A DNA stretch of 64,000 nt. Source: Felis catus. Its lineage: Eukaryota. Positions 1 through 39,264 of this stretch are shown here, piece by piece. The stretch covers positions 11,596,001-11,660,000 of the forward strand of contig NC_058369.1 of assembly GCF_018350175.1 (NCBI RefSeq), in the 5' to 3' direction. Below the pieces are notes generated by a model that worked only from the letters and a program-made list of their open reading frames with translations, did not search any database and was not told the DNA's origin. Position 1 is the stretch's first letter. Each line of letters begins with the position of its first letter. The position numbers were made by a program, and so were the translations under genes.

Positions 1-690
1 TGTGTGAAAGTGCCAGGGGAATTCAGGTGACTTGGGGTGTCTGGAGTGAGGATGATGTGTGGGGACGAGTAGGCGGTGAGACAGAGGCTGGACTCAGAGC
101 ACCTGTGTGCAAAGTAAATGAGCTTGTGTTTTACATTGGGGGTGTTAGGGAATGGTGCTTGGGCTGGGCAACCATTTAACAGGTCTGTGTATCAGAAAGA
201 CCCTCAAGGGGCTAAGGCTGGAGTCCAGATCTCAGAGAGGAAAGGCATGACTAGATAGACTTCTATCTTCCTCTCCAGTGTTGCCTCTTCCAGGAAGCCT
301 GCTTTGACTTCCAACAGCCCTTTCTCTGTGCCTCCCTTTGCTTCTGGCACACTTTCTGCCTTCTTGATATTTGCATGGCATGCCTCTACTTCTCTTTCTC
401 GCCCCACCCAGATCTCCTCCAGGCAGGGTGTGGAGCTGAGCCACCTCTGGTCCCCAGCACTGCCCAGCAGGGGTTGGGTACAGAGGGTGGCAGAACCCTC
501 CGAATAGGAGGATGAGTGGACAGATGACTGTGTGCACGATTGGCCAATTCCTAGGTAGTGTGTGTGTGTAGGTGGCTGAGTCACATCTCAGGTAAAAGTG
601 ATATCACTTGAGTTTCAGGTACTTCTTTCCTGGGCCCCTGCCCATTCAGTCACAAATCTGTTCAACCCATAGAAAGGGAGTTAACTCACT

Positions 691-846
691 CATCCACCCA
701 CCCATCCACCCATCCATCCACCCACCCACCCACCCACCCACCCTATCCATTCACCCACCCTATCCATCCACCCATCCACCCACCCACCCATCCACCCACC
801 CATCCACCCATCCATCCATCCATCCATCCACCCATCCAACCATCCA
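691..846. repeat. (CCAC/CCAT)n microsatellite
   Basis: Visible tetranucleotide array. Confidence 0.9.
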
Positions 847-1717
847 TTTTTGCATTCTTTCATCCCTTGACTGGTTCATTCACTGAAAATTTATTTAGCA
901 CCCATATATCAGTGATCAACATGGTCCCTCCTCTCCAGGGGCTTGTACCTGGATGGATACAATCCAGAGGGATGGGTGGAGAAGGGGTGGCATCCAAGCA
1001 GAGACTCAAAGGATGAAGGAAGAGTGTTTGAGGCAGAGAAGGCATGTGGTAGAAAGAACAGAGAATGTGGCTTTTTCAAGGAGATGAGAATATGCTGTGA
1101 TGTTCGAACATTGAGCATGTAGAGTATGGAGGACAGAGATGTTTTGAGAGAGGTCTGGACTGGGGTAGATCATTCGGGGCTTTGAAAATGGGCTGAACAT
1201 CTGGTGCTGTGGCTAATGGCTCTGAGTGGGAAGGGACATGGTCAGATCTAGCATCTGATAAGACCTCCTGGGACCGGAGTGCAAGGAGGAGGCTGCACTG
1301 GAGACTGAGACCACAGGAGGCATAATTCAGATGGCCTGGATTGGCAGAAAAGAGGGGGTGATTAGGGTGAAGAGGGCCATTCTGGATGGAGAGCTCAGCC
1401 TGGGCCAGTATGTGAGGTGTATGTTGAAGGGTGAGATAGGAGAGACACAGGGAGGCTAGATGGGGCAGGGCCTTCAATGCTAGCCTGAGCTTGAACTTTT
1501 TTACAAGGGTGATAGGGAGCCATGGGAGGTATCTGAGTAGGGGAGGCTCATGTTCAGATCAGCATCTTATAAGGGTCTTTCGGGAGCAGGTGTGGAAGAT
1601 GGACTGGAGAGGTGAGGTGGAGGTCAGAGCTCAGAGAGGAGCCCCAAGGAGGTTAGAAGCAGAGGTCAAGGGTCAGCACTCTCTTTTGAATTATCATCAC
1701 CTCTTCTCTCTCCACAG

Positions 1718-10798
<9,081 letters not shown>

Positions 10799-11465
10799 TC
10801 GCTGGCGCTTCCCTGCGGACCCCGGGGGGCCCAAGCCCCGCCCAAAGAGGCCCAGGCCACGCCCCCGAGGGACCAGACCCCGCCCCCAGGGCCCTGAGGG
10901 CAGAGACCACGCCCCTCGAAGACCCGGTTGGGCTCCTGGAAGACCAGGCTCCTCCACTGAGCAGTATGAAGAAGGTGCAGGCCACGCCCCTCATGGCAAG
11001 GCTCCGCCTCCTGACGGCCTGGTCCTCCCCCTTGAGGTCCAGGTCAGGTCCCCTGAGTGCCTGCTTTCCTGCTTGAGGGACCAGGCTCAGCCGCATCTCT
11101 TCGGGCCCAGACCCACCCCCAGGATCCAGAGCACTCGGGCCTTCAGGCCCCACCCACCCAACCATCTGAGGATCCTAGACCTGACACCTAAGGCCTCTGG
11201 GATTCAGGACCTGTCCCCCGTGGATCCCGGCTGGCTTTTAAGTTGAGGACTTGAGAGCTGGAGCCTGAAGTAAGAGCCCTGGACCCGGACGTCAGCTTCT
11301 TGAGGTCCCCAGCTCATACGGGCGAACTCCTCTGGCATCAGGCTGCATCCCAGGGCTCAGGGTGTGTGCTTCTGTTGATGTTTTGTAAATCCAGACCTTC
11401 CCTGGAAAGCCTCTTCCTTCCTCCTTTGCTGAAAAGCCCTTTGCCGAGTGTTCTGATTTTTGTAG

Positions 11466-11471
11466 AATAAA
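11466..11471 (+). terminator. Probable CYP4F22 polyadenylation signal AATAAA
   Basis: First AATAAA I see after the stop, about 670 nt downstream. Confidence 0.7.
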
Positions 11472-12632
11472 AGCGAGGGATGCAGACACCCCCCCCCCCC
11501 CCCCCGCCCCACCGTCTACTCCCTAGCTCAGCCAGACACTTCCCTTGGGCTCCAGGAAGGAAATGAAGGTGCCTGGACAGCTGGGAGGCAACTGAGGGAA
11601 GCTATGGGCTAGGAGGCTGGGAAGCCATTTGTCCTCGGACATGAACTCAGGCTTTTGGGGACAGTTTGTGCATTCATTTATCTCATCAACAGACCACATA
11701 TTAATTAAGTGTTTATTGGCACTGGGCCCGGAGCACAGCCGGGCCCAATTCCTGCCATCGGGAGAACAGGAGACAGATGTTGAACAAATAATTCCACACG
11801 TAAATTTATTTACAATCCGTGACAAGTGCTCCAAAAGAGAGGCCCTTGTTGCTCTGTGACACAACAGGGGGGTGGCTCAGGGAGAGCTTCTCTGATGCTG
11901 AAGTGAGGGTACAAGTTGAGTGGTGACAAGGAGAAGAGCATGTCAGGTGGGAGGGACAGCATCTGCAGATGTCCCCAGGTAAGGGAGAACATGGTGTGCC
12001 GGAGGAGCACCACTCCAGAGAGGCTGGATCCGGAGGAGGGGTGCAGACTGGAGGAAAGTCGGGCAGGGGCCAACTGCCCAGGAACTGTGGGCTACATCTC
12101 AGTTCAAGCCTTATGCTGAAGGCAATAGGGAGCTATAGAAGGTGTGTGAGCAGGAGCATGACAGGATCTGGTCAGATATGAGCTGGCAGGACGGTGGCTT
12201 GGAAGGGGGGAACACTGGGGAATGGAAACCTGGGGAAGAGGGAGACTGAGGTCCAGGCAGGACAGGAGGGGGGACTACCTAGCCACAAGAGCTGCGGTGA
12301 GGGAGGAGTTAAGGGGGATTTCCAAGTCTTTGGCTGGGGGAACAGATGATGGTGTAGTCCCTGAAATGATAAGGAAGATGGGGCAGTGACAAGGTCTACA
12401 GTAACCATATTAACTCATCAAATATTTATTGAGCATCTGCTGTAAGCCAGGTGGTATTTGAGCCCTTACATAATTGACCTTTGTTGGGTGTGGGGGGAGG
12501 ATAACATGACGAATAATAAATGAGCAAATAAGTAAATTCATACAGGGCCTTGGAGGATTTTTACTTCTATTGTGACAGAAATGGGGAACCATGGGAGGGT
12601 TCTGAGCAGAGCGACAGATTTGTCATTTGGTC

Positions 12633-12864
12633 TTTTTTTTTTTATTTAAAAAAATTTTTTTAACGTTTTATTTATTTTTGAGACAGAGAGAGACAGAGCA
12701 TGAACGGGGGAGGGGCAGAGAGAGGGGGAGACACAGAATGGAAGCAGGCTCCGGGCTCTGAGCCATCAGCCCAGAGCCCGATGCAGGGCTCGAACTCACG
12801 GACCGCGAGATTGTGACCTGAGCTGAAGTCGGACGCTCAACCGACTGAGCCACCCAGGCGCCCC
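12633..12864 (-). mobile_element. SINEC_Fc-type SINE
   Basis: Full reverse SINE; TSD gtca(t/c)ttggtcttt. Confidence 0.9.
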
Positions 12865-14747
12865 AGTCACTTGGTCTTTATAGTATTCTTTTGGCTGCTG
12901 TGTGGGAAGGCAAGGGTGGGATTAGGGAGACCAGATGGGGTGACTACATTGGCCCATGTGGAAGAGAAGCGATAAGTGCTATGGAAAAATTGAGCTGGGT
13001 CAGTGCGTGTATTTCTGTGGGTGTTCAGTAATGCTGGTGGGGCAGGGGGAGAGGTTGTAAGATGGTCAGTGAAGCCCTCACCAAAAAGGGGTCATTTCAA
13101 CAAAGACTTTAGGTAGGAGAGGGCAGGAGCCATGTGGATATTTTGGGGAAGAGTTTTTGAGGCAGAGAGAACGTATAGTGCAAAGGTCCTGAGGTAGGAA
13201 CAAGCTTGGGGTGTTTAGGGGGCATTGAAGAGACCATTGTGGCTGGAGGAGGAACACGGAAGGGAATGAGGTCAGGGAGGGGATAGGAGCAGGTCCCACA
13301 GGGCCTTGGGGTCCACTGACTTTTTCTATGACAGAGATAGGGAGGCATGGAGGGCTCTGGACAGAGGAGGGACAAGATTTGTCATTATAGTCTTTGGCTG
13401 CCATGTTGAATAGAGACTGTGTGAGGCAAGGATGGGACTAGGGAGATCAGATGGGGTGACCAGATTTGTCCAGGTGAGAGATGACAGTGTCTCCAAGCAA
13501 GCCATGAGCTGTAGAGTGAAGACAGGTGCTTGGATTCTGATTTGGACCGACTGCTTTACGAAGCTAGTGCTGGCAGATTTGCTAATACCTTGAACGAAGG
13601 ATTCAGGAGAAAGGGAGGCCCCCAGATGTGGGTCTGAACACCTGGAAAGACAGACGTGCCACCTCGAGATGGAGAATGCTTAACAGAGTAAGGTTTTTCT
13701 GCAGTGGGGGGCGGGGTGTGAGGGCTGAGATCAGCATGTCAGTTGGGGCCAGGAGGAGTTGGAGATGTCAAGTGGGCAGTCGGATAGGCTGGTCTTGAAC
13801 TCGGGAGGGAGTTCTGGGCTGGTGATACATACATCTGGGAAACCTCAGCACTTAGATGGTGTTTCAAAAGCCCCAAGACTGGTGAGATCCCCCTCTGTGT
13901 GTGTGCGTGTGCTCATGGAGGGGAGACCAACCCCCCAGGGGTCTCCAGAGTTGATATAACAATAATGACATTTAAAGTTGAGTGCTTCCTCCGTGCCCTT
14001 CCCAAATATTGGCACTTAATTCTCAGGGGGTACTATTAACTGTCTCGTTTAATGGAAGTGGAAACGGACCTCCCCAGAGTGAGATGGTTCACCCAAGGCC
14101 CCACGACCATGTCCTCATGTCGTGGCCTCAACGGGGTGGCTTACCCCTGAGGCTTCTCGTGCGGGTCTGGGTCCCTAGCCTCGCTTTGCCTATAAGGGGG
14201 GTGGCGGCAGGCGTGGGTGGAGCGGGGTGGGGCTGGGGGTCCTGGAGATGAGTCGAAGCTGGGTGGTGGGATGCTGGAGGCGATGTGTGTCCTGGGGTGC
14301 CCCCGGGTGGCGAGTGCTGGGATTGTCGGCCAGAATCCCCAGTTGGAGGCCACTCTCCTCCGGCAAAAAAAGCTTGCTCTTGGGAGACGACCTATGTGGG
14401 TTTAAAACCCGGCTGTACCCCTTTCCTAGCGGTGGCCTTGGGCACCTGACTGCTCCTTTATGGCACCTCGGTTCTCCTTTGCCGTGTGGATTTTTCATCA
14501 TGCTTTTCATGCATATTGACTTCCCGCTAAGGTCGATGGTGGTGACTGAATGAGGGAGGGGGGAGGGGAGGCATGGGGCCCGTAGGTCTCCGGGACCTGC
14601 TGCATCAGAGCGATTCTCCAAACACGCCCAGGCCGGGCCGGTCACTGGTCGCTGTCTCCTTCCTCTCCTGAGTGTGTCGGAGGCTCCCTCTGCTGGACGG
14701 CTCGGGGACAACAAACTTTAAGGCGTCTCGTCTCCTCCGTTAGTTCA

Positions 14748-14942
14748 GAGTGTGTATGAGCGTGTGTGCACGAGCGTGTGTGCACGCGTGCTTGTGCGTG
14801 GGACGTGTATGTTTGGATATGTGCATATGTGTGCACGTAGGTGTGTGGATGTGTGCACGCGAGTGTGTGTACGCGTGCAAGCGTGGGTGCGTTGTGTGTA
14901 TGTGTGAGATTGTGTGCGTGCATGCACGTGTGTGTTTGAGAA

Positions 14943-14977
<35 letters not shown>
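14748..14977. repeat. Degenerate (TG/CA)n array
   Basis: Visible; paralogous array at 42535-42771. Confidence 0.9.
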
Positions 14978-14980
<3 letters not shown>

Positions 14981-15987
14981 AGACTGTGTGGGGGAGTATT
15001 GGGAAGAGAGGAGGGAGAACCCCACTCACCAGTTACATTGTCCACATCAGGCAACTTTCCAAGCCCCCCCGGGTTCAGCTGTTGCAGCCGGCAGAACATT
15101 CTGGAGAAATAATGCCCTTGGCAGTGGCCCTGAGTAACGACTGGTGGGTGCCTGTTCTCGCCGTCTCCCCGAGGTCCCCAGAGGGACTGAATCCCAGGTG
15201 CCCCGAGTGGGAACTTCCTCGATAAAGCCCCCTTTCCTGGCTGCCCTCATCTCACTCTGCCTCACTGCCTTACTGGCACTTAAATTCTTGTCTCAGAATA
15301 CAGCTTTTGTGCTGGAATCCTCACATTAGAGTCCACAGGTCGCTCCTCCAATCCCCATGAGTCTATTATTATGCCGTTCTTACCAAGATGGAACCTGAGG
15401 CTCAGAGAGGGCAAGTCACTTGCCTAAGGTCACACAGCTGGAGAATGGCAAAAGTGGGCTTTGACCATGGCCACCTGACCCTGGCACTTGCTGTCCCCTG
15501 AGAACTTCCTGCTTGATAAGGACTAAGGGAATGAAGTGGGGGACTGGGTGGTATTCACAACCAGTAAGGTCCCTGATATGTGTCCCAGAGACACCCAAGG
15601 CTCCTGGCTGATGCTCATGCCCTTGATCTGTCATAAAATAAGAGGAATATCAGCAAACACATACTTGGTACTTATGAGTCAGGCAGTGTTGTAAGTAGTT
15701 TATTCATTTATCACCTCTCTCTCCAAGTATTACATTGGCTTGAGGTAAAAAAAAAAAAATGCAGTTGTAGAAACTTAATTATGCTTTTGTTTATGCAAGC
15801 ATAGAAATTTAAAAGGGAAATTCTTCCACCACGGCTTCCGCTCCCTACCCTCAGACTAGCAGTTTGGCGTGAATTTTTTTTTTTTTAGTATGAAAAAAAT
15901 TGCAAATGTGAACATTTTCCAATGTACATACGTTTTTGTACACATAACCATTTTAAAAATGTCTTCTTTAAAAAAATATTTATTGCT

Positions 15988-16627
15988 GGGGCGCCTGGGT
16001 GGCGCAGTCGGTTGAGCGTCCGACTTCAGCCAGGTCACGATCTCGCGGTCCGGGAGTTCGAGCCCCGCATCGGGCTCTGGGCTGATGGCTCAGAGCCTGG
16101 AGCCTGTTTCCGATTCTGTGTCTCCCTCTCTCTCTGCCCCTTGCCCGTTCGTGCTCTGTCTCTCTCTGTCCCAAAAATGAATAAACGTTGAAAAAAAAAT
16201 TTAAAAAAAATATTTATTGAGAGACAGAGAGAGAGAGAACGAGCAGTGGAGGGGCAGAGAGAGAGAGAGGGAGAGAGAGAATCTTAAGCACTCTCTGCAC
16301 TGTCAATGCACAACCCGATGCGGGGTTTGAACTCACGAACTGTGAGATCATGACCTGAGCCGAAATCAAGAGGCGGATGCTTAACCGACTGAACCACCCA
16401 GGTGCCCCAAATCCACCATTCTATTTTCTTTATTTATTAAAAAAGTTTTTTTTTAACCATTGATTTTTGAGAGAGAGACAGAGTGAGAGAGAGGGAGACA
16501 CAGAATCCGAAGCTCTGGGCTCTGAGCTGTCAGCACACGGCCCGACACAGGGCTTGAACTCCTGGACTGTGAGATCAAGACCTGAGCCAAAGTTGATGCT
16601 TAACTGACTGAACCGCCCAGGCGACCC
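15988..16627. mobile_element. SINE cluster: + SINEC_Fc (15988-16205) inserted in the tail of a - SINEC (to 16388), then another - SINEC (16430-16627)
   Basis: TSD aaaaaatatttattg on both sides of the + element. Confidence 0.85.
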
Positions 16628-16768
16628 TTGGGCTTCCTCTTAACATGGCAGCTGAATCCAGGAGGGTGTATTCCAAGGCAGCTGGCAGTCTTCTCACGAC
16701 CTAGACTCGTAAGTCCCCAGAGTCACTGAGGACAGCTCAGGTTCAAGGTGAAGAGAATTCTTTATCTC

Positions 16769-17145
16769 TGTCAGTCGGTGTTCTCCAGAGAAACAGGATA
16801 GCATCCGTCTGTCTATTGAGAGAGATTTATCCTAAGGCGTTGGCTCGTGAGACTAGGGGGCTGGCGAGCGTGAAGTCTGTGGGGCGGTGGCTGAAAACTC
16901 GGGTAGGGATCGGTGCTGCAGCTCAAGGAAGAATTTCTTTTCTCAATTTTTGCTCCTGAGGCCTTGCGGCTGACTGCACAAAGCCCATTTGCATTGGAGT
17001 GCTGTAACTGACTCCTTGAAGTCAGCTGATCGTAGGTATTAACTCTATCTACGAAACACCTTCACAGGAACACCTAGTAAATGTTTAGGTAAATAGCTGG
17101 GTACGGGGGCCTAGTGTAGCAGACACGAAAAATTGATCATCGCAG
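16769..17145 (-). mobile_element. MLT2-like ERVL LTR
   Basis: gttctccagagaaacagg...aacaccttcacaggaacacctag motifs. Confidence 0.6.
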
Positions 17146-17234
17146 CCTCTCAAGGAAGGGGTAGCACAGCCTTTGCTGACATCTGTGATCTGAGATCTAC
17201 CACGTGGGGAGGAGAGGGGGCAAAGGGTCTCTCT

Positions 17235-17470
17235 TTTTTGGGGGGGAGGGAGAGAGAGAGGGCACAAATGAGCGAGGGGCAGAGAGAGAATCCTAGGAGG
17301 GGCAGAGAGAGAGAGAAAGAGAAAGGGAGAGAAACAGAGAGAGAGAGAGAGAGAGAGACGGAGCTCAGCGGAAGCGGGGCTCGTGCTCACCCGATGTGGG
17401 ACTCGAACTCATGAACCGTGAAATCTGACCTGAGCCCAAGATGCTTAACGACGGAGCCACCCAGGCGCCC
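17235..17470 (-). mobile_element. SINEC
   Basis: Reverse SINE. Confidence 0.8.
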
Positions 17471-17879
17471 AGCAAATGTCTCTTTTTAAGACATTACACT
17501 GCTCCAGGGTCCCTTCTCCAAGTCTCTCTTCTGTGGCTTGGGGTGTTGGTGGTGGCTAGGCTAGTTTTTGTGAGCAATCATCACCCAATAATCAGAGAGG
17601 GAGACAGAGAGAGAAGGAAGTGGGGAGAGGAGGAGGAGGGAGGAGGGAGGGGAGAGGTGGAGGCGGAAGGGAGAGGGGGAGGAGGGAGAAGAGAGAGCAG
17701 GGAGGAGGAGGGGGAGGATCTCGCGGTTGTTCCTGGCTGGTGTGTGCGCTCTGAGCTTTTCCTGAGTTTTCCTCTAAGGCTTTCTGCCTCCCAGGCCACT
17801 TCTGCCGCCTGGACTGGGAATCGGGCTGCTCTGCCAGCTGGTCCTGCCCTCAGCACGGCTTCAGAACCCTGTGGGTTTC

Positions 17880-18342
17880 TTTTTTTTTTTTTTTTAATTT
17901 TTTTTCAACGTTTATTTATTTTTGGGACAGAGAGAGACAGAGCATGAACGGGGGAGGGGCAGAGAGAGAGGGAGACACAGAATCGGAAACAGGCTCCAGG
18001 CTCCGAGCCGTCAGCCCAGAGCCCGACGCGGGGCTCGAACTCACGGACCGCGAGATCGCGACCTGGCTGAAGTCGGACGCTTAACCGACTGCGCCACCCA
18101 GGCGCCCCTATTTTTTATTTTTTAATGTTTATTTTTTTTCAACGTTTATTTATTTTTGGGACAGAGAGAGACAGAGCATGAACGGGGGAGGGGCAGAGAG
18201 AGAGGGAGACACAGAATCGGAAACAGGCTCCAGGCTCCGAGCCATCAGCCCAGAGCCCGACGCGGGGCTCGAACTCACGGACCGCGAGATCGCGACCTGG
18301 CTGAAGTCGGACGCTTCACCGACTGCGCCACCCAGGCGCCCC
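17880..18342 (-). mobile_element. Two tandem near-identical young SINEC_Fc elements
   Basis: 17880-18108 and 18110-18342; outer TSD gaaccc(t/c)gtgggtttc. Confidence 0.9.
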
Positions 18343-20569
18343 TGGAACCCCGTGGGTTTCAAGTCCTCAATTACATGGAGTAAAACCTCAACGCTGCCGG
18401 CTCCTGGGCTCATTTCCCCAACCATCGCGGGGCTCCAGCTGAGCTGCTCCTTCCTGCCGCCACCACCCCATCGCAGGAGCCCCTCCAGCCCTGAGTGTCT
18501 CTGCACGTCCGAGGATGGGAGCAAGAATGAGCATGTGCAAGGAAGACGTGTGTGCCCCACCCTGTGCCGGGCCTTTGCAGCTCTGGCACGGCTTCAGGGA
18601 GTGGTTCTCATGCACGGACTGCGCCTCCCCACCATCCAGGTTTCTGCTCAAAGGTCACCTCCACAGGGCAGCCCTCCCTGATTGCCGCGTCTGAATAGCC
18701 CCCTTGGTCACTTGCTAGCATGTCTCACTCTGTTAATTTCCTTCATTGCCACCACCATCTGACTTGGTCTTGTTTCCCGTTGGCTTCCGCCGTCAGACAT
18801 GAGCATCATGATCCAGAGACCCCATCTGTCTTGTTCATCCCAGGTCCTGGGTCCTAGCACTGTGCCTGATACAGAGTAAATGCCCAAGTACAGTTTGTGG
18901 TTCAAGAATGAACTGCCTGGGAGGTATAAGCCCACCTCTCTGTTTTAGCAAGGAGGGCATGAGGCTCAGAGAAGGCAAGTGACTTGCTCCAGGTCACACA
19001 GCCAGTGAGGAGCAGGGCTGGGATCTGAACTCTGTTGGGCTGAATCCAGAACCTGTTCCTTCCCAAAGGCCGAGGAAAGGAAAAGAGAGACTCCAGCCAC
19101 CAAGCAGCCTCCCTGCTTGGTGTAGAGGGACCCCAGGCTGACTCCTGGGAGAGGTGTCTTCATGGTGTCACAAAAGAAAAACTGCTCATCTCTTTTGTGC
19201 ACCAACTATGTGCCCCCCGCTGCACCATATCCTTTTAGTATTTTGGTGATAACAGTTATAGCAGCTCAGGGAGGGAGAAATTATTTGAGACAAGTAGCAA
19301 GTTAGAAGGGTAAAGACTCCAATTCCACTTTCTCCAATTCCACTGTGATGTGTAGAATCTTCTGGAACTTTTTCGCTGCACATGCAAACATGCGTGCACA
19401 CACACACACACTCATAATTTTATATGTAGACAGGGACATTACTCACATATCACTCAGAGTTGTACTTTCTCCTATCCTCTCGGCCTGTTTCTGATAGAAT
19501 GCTCGCAGTGCTCTGTGAGGTTTTATCAAGCCCATTTTACAGATGTGAAGACTGAGGCTCAGAGGGGTGACGGGCCGCACCTGAGCCTGGTGACTCACAG
19601 TGACTGCCAGCCCTGGTCAGACACACACTTGTCCACTGCCTGACTCTGGGTGCGGGTGGAAGGACCAGCCAGCCTCTGCCTTTCTGTGTGTGGCTCCCCT
19701 CCCTCCAACGCTGGCTGGGGGCCATTCCATAAGCCAGGCTTGTGTCATTTGGCAGCTGAGACATTCCTTGTTGGATGAGAAACCACTGGGGACACTCCAA
19801 CCACCTCTGATTCAGAGCAGAAAGTCCCACTTGAGGCTTCCTGCCTCCCACACTGGGTCTCTTGCTGCCTTTCTGCTTCCTGTCACCCGATCCAGGATGT
19901 GAGGAGTCCTGGATGGATGGATCCTGTCCTTCCACGACCACAGAGGCCTGTTGGGCTTTGAGTCCTTGGATGCAGTGGAGCAGTCTTCAATACCTGCTTC
20001 TGGACTGAATATCGGAACAAATTTTGCCACCTTGGCTGGCTCCTTGAAGGGCGTGTCGACTGCAATCACAGTGTGGGTGTCGATGGAATAAAGCCATACT
20101 CACTTGTGCCCACTGCTGGGCATGTTACACCATGACTGTGGGGCCCTTTCAACAACACTTCCCACTCCCCCTCTTCATTCAGGACCCGCTCAAAGGTCCC
20201 CTCCCTCTGGAAGCCCTCAGGTCACAATCACTGTCTGATACATTCCTGATCATTTGTTCAGTCGAACAAGATATGAACTGTCTCCCCACTAGATATGAAC
20301 CCTTTGACAGCAGGGATGACGTCTGCCCTGCTCACTGCTGCATCCCTAGCATCTAGAATAGTGCCTGGCACACAGTAGGTGCTCAATAGACACACAGTAA
20401 GCAAGGAGATTTTCCTCCTCGCTTGACGAATGAAAAAACCGAGGGACAGACTGGCTAAGTTTCCTAGGAGGTACATTGCTGAGCCTGACTTGGGTCTCTT
20501 ACAGCCGTGTGTCTCAAACTTTGACGTGCACGGGGTGAAAACATGATTTCTGATTCAGCTGGTATCCCC

Positions 20570-21060
20570 ATGATCTATTGCTGTATAACAAACAGTCCCC
20601 CAAACTTGGTGGCTTAAAGCAAGGACCACTTCATCTTTTCTTGTGACGCCGCATGGTGACCGGGCTCAGCCAGCTGGTTCTGCACCGTCATCTGGGCCTG
20701 AGCTCATCTGGAGGCCCACCTGGGCTGGAATGTCCAAATGGCTCCTTCCCGTAGCTGGCAGTTGCTGCTAGCAGTTTGCTGGGAAATCAGCTGGGGCTGT
20801 CGATCGGAGGTGCCTAAGAGTGGGGTCCTTCCGTGTGGATTGGGCTTCCTTGCAGCATGGCAGCCTGGTTCTGAGGGGATGCATTCTAAGAGCAAACGTC
20901 AGTGTGGGCCGCTGGCCCTGTTTCTGGCCCATAACTGGCAGGGCCCAGCCTCTCCCACACGCTACTGGTTAAGTAGTCCCAGGCCAGGCGAGATTCAAGG
21001 AGACGGGACCTAAATCCCTCCCCTTACTGGGGACGATAGCAAAGCAATTACAGCCATGTC
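20570..21060 (-). mobile_element. Old MLT1-type LTR
   Basis: atctattgctgtataacaaac...aaacttggtggcttaaagcaa...ggctggaatgtccaaatggct motifs. Confidence 0.55.
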
Positions 21061-22278
21061 ATTGTGGGTCTGGGTTCGAGCCTGAGATCCTGCAGGGGTC
21101 CAAGATGCTGCTGGTAATGCCAATACTGAGGGTCTAAGGACTACATTCTGACTGGTCAGTTCTTAGAGCTCATGGCTACGAAAGTCCCTTTCTTCCCTGA
21201 GTAGCTAATGAGCACCTACTGTGTGCCAGGATTCACCTTCCCCTGTGCTGTCACGTTGAATTACTTTGCTGTGTGGCTCGAGGGAATTTCTCTGGACCTT
21301 TATTTCCTCCTCTATCCTCCTGCTTCTCCCCAGACCTATGTGGCCCTGGCCCTGGCCCTCCTCTGGATGGAGTGTTAGCAAGTAGATCCATGGATCCAGT
21401 GCAGCAGAGGAGGAGGGAACTCTAGGACGGCCACCAGCAGCTGGACCAGGTAGGGCTGGAAGGAATGTGTGGGTCAGGGACAGGAAATGCACATCCTGTC
21501 ATTGCAGGAGGAATGTCCCTTCTAATCCTCTTGCTCAGCAGGCCCATCCTTCAAACCCACCCTCACCTTGGGATTTGACATGGGGAGACCTGGTTAGGTC
21601 GGGGTGGGGGGGATTCCTCACTCCGGAATCAGGACAGGATCTGAGCAAGAGGAGTCCTCTCTCAGGCCCTCATCTGACATCCCATTTCCCAGATGGCAAG
21701 ACTGAGCCTAGAGAGGGCCGGGAAGGGACAGAACTGCGTGCAGGGTCTCCCAGCTCTGTCTGGGCCCCCTGCAGACTTACCCCCTCGCCTCCAGGTGCCT
21801 TCTTCCCACTGGGCCTTTACCCCCTGAGTCTGATGCAGGTAACCCCCAGCCAGAAGGGCTTCTTTGTTCCTGCCCCCAGCGGTTTTGTGTCAGCCCAGGC
21901 CCTAGGCTGCTTGGAGGCAGGACTTGAACTCCTGCCAGGCTGTGCAGCCCGGAGGCCCGAGGCTTCCTGATTCTGCACTGGGAGATGGTGCATGCCTCTG
22001 ACCTGCCTCGTACGTGGAGAGGAGCCCCAGAGATGTTTTGGGACTAGGCTTGGCTGGACTGTGACCCCATGGCACCTGAACTCTTCATGTTCAAGTTTTT
22101 CCCTGCTTCACCCTGCTGGCCTTGAAAGGGCAGGGGTGGCTGTTAGCTTGCCCATCCCTGCAACTCCCCACCCATGTGGGAGGTGCTGAGTTCTGAAGAT
22201 CCACACCCACACCATGTGACCCTGGACTTGTTCCTCTCTGTGTCCAGCTGGCTCGGTCTTCAGGTCTTGGGCAGCTGC

Positions 22279-22417
22279 CACGTGGGGAGGAGGCAGACTG
22301 GTGTGCCAGCATTGGCTGACCCAGCCAAGCCCAGCCTCCCCTGGTTAGGAGGTCAGGGGCCAGGAACAAAGACATGCCAGGAGGAGCTTGAGTGGAATAA
22401 GTCCATCCAGACAAAAG
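22279..22417 (+). promoter_or_regulatory. Copy A putative proximal promoter and short non-coding exon 1 (donor after 22417)
   Basis: CACGTG 22279, ATTGG 22311, AGGTCA 22350, GGAACAAAGACA 22363, then AAAAG|gtgaca. Same motif order occurs upstream of copy B. The ATG exon begins ccag|GATG, implying an upstream non-coding exon. Confidence 0.55.
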
Positions 22418-22598
22418 GTGACAGGCTGGGGTTGGCAAAGCTGAATGTTCTGGTCTGGGGTGGGGAGGTGCACTGCCCCAGGCAGAAGTGGCTCCTGGGA
22501 TCCAGCTGGCTGGGTGGTGATGATTTCCTTGTAACTGGAGCTCCTGGAAACCTCCCACCAATTCTGTTTGGGTATTTCTTCATCAGTCTCCCTCCCTC

Positions 22599-22647
<49 letters not shown>

Positions 22648-22871
22648 TCTTTTCCCTCCTCCATCCCAATATCTCCCACTCACTCTGCCTCTCCTCTGGA
22701 ATTCCCTAGATTCTCTTCCCTTCTCTGAGCCACTGTTTGCCCAGTGCTTAACACCCACCATCCCTGCCCCTCCCCGTCCCTGTCCCTCCCAATCTGGGCC
22801 CTCTCCCTCTGTGAGCTGTGCTGCTCACCTTCCGCCCTTGTCTTCACCTCAGGACAATCTCTGCCTCCAGG

Positions 22872-39264
<16,393 letters not shown>

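Noticed and set aside
14190..14196. TATA-like TATAAGG in a moderately CpG-rich stretch
   Set aside because: No downstream exon structure that I can support.
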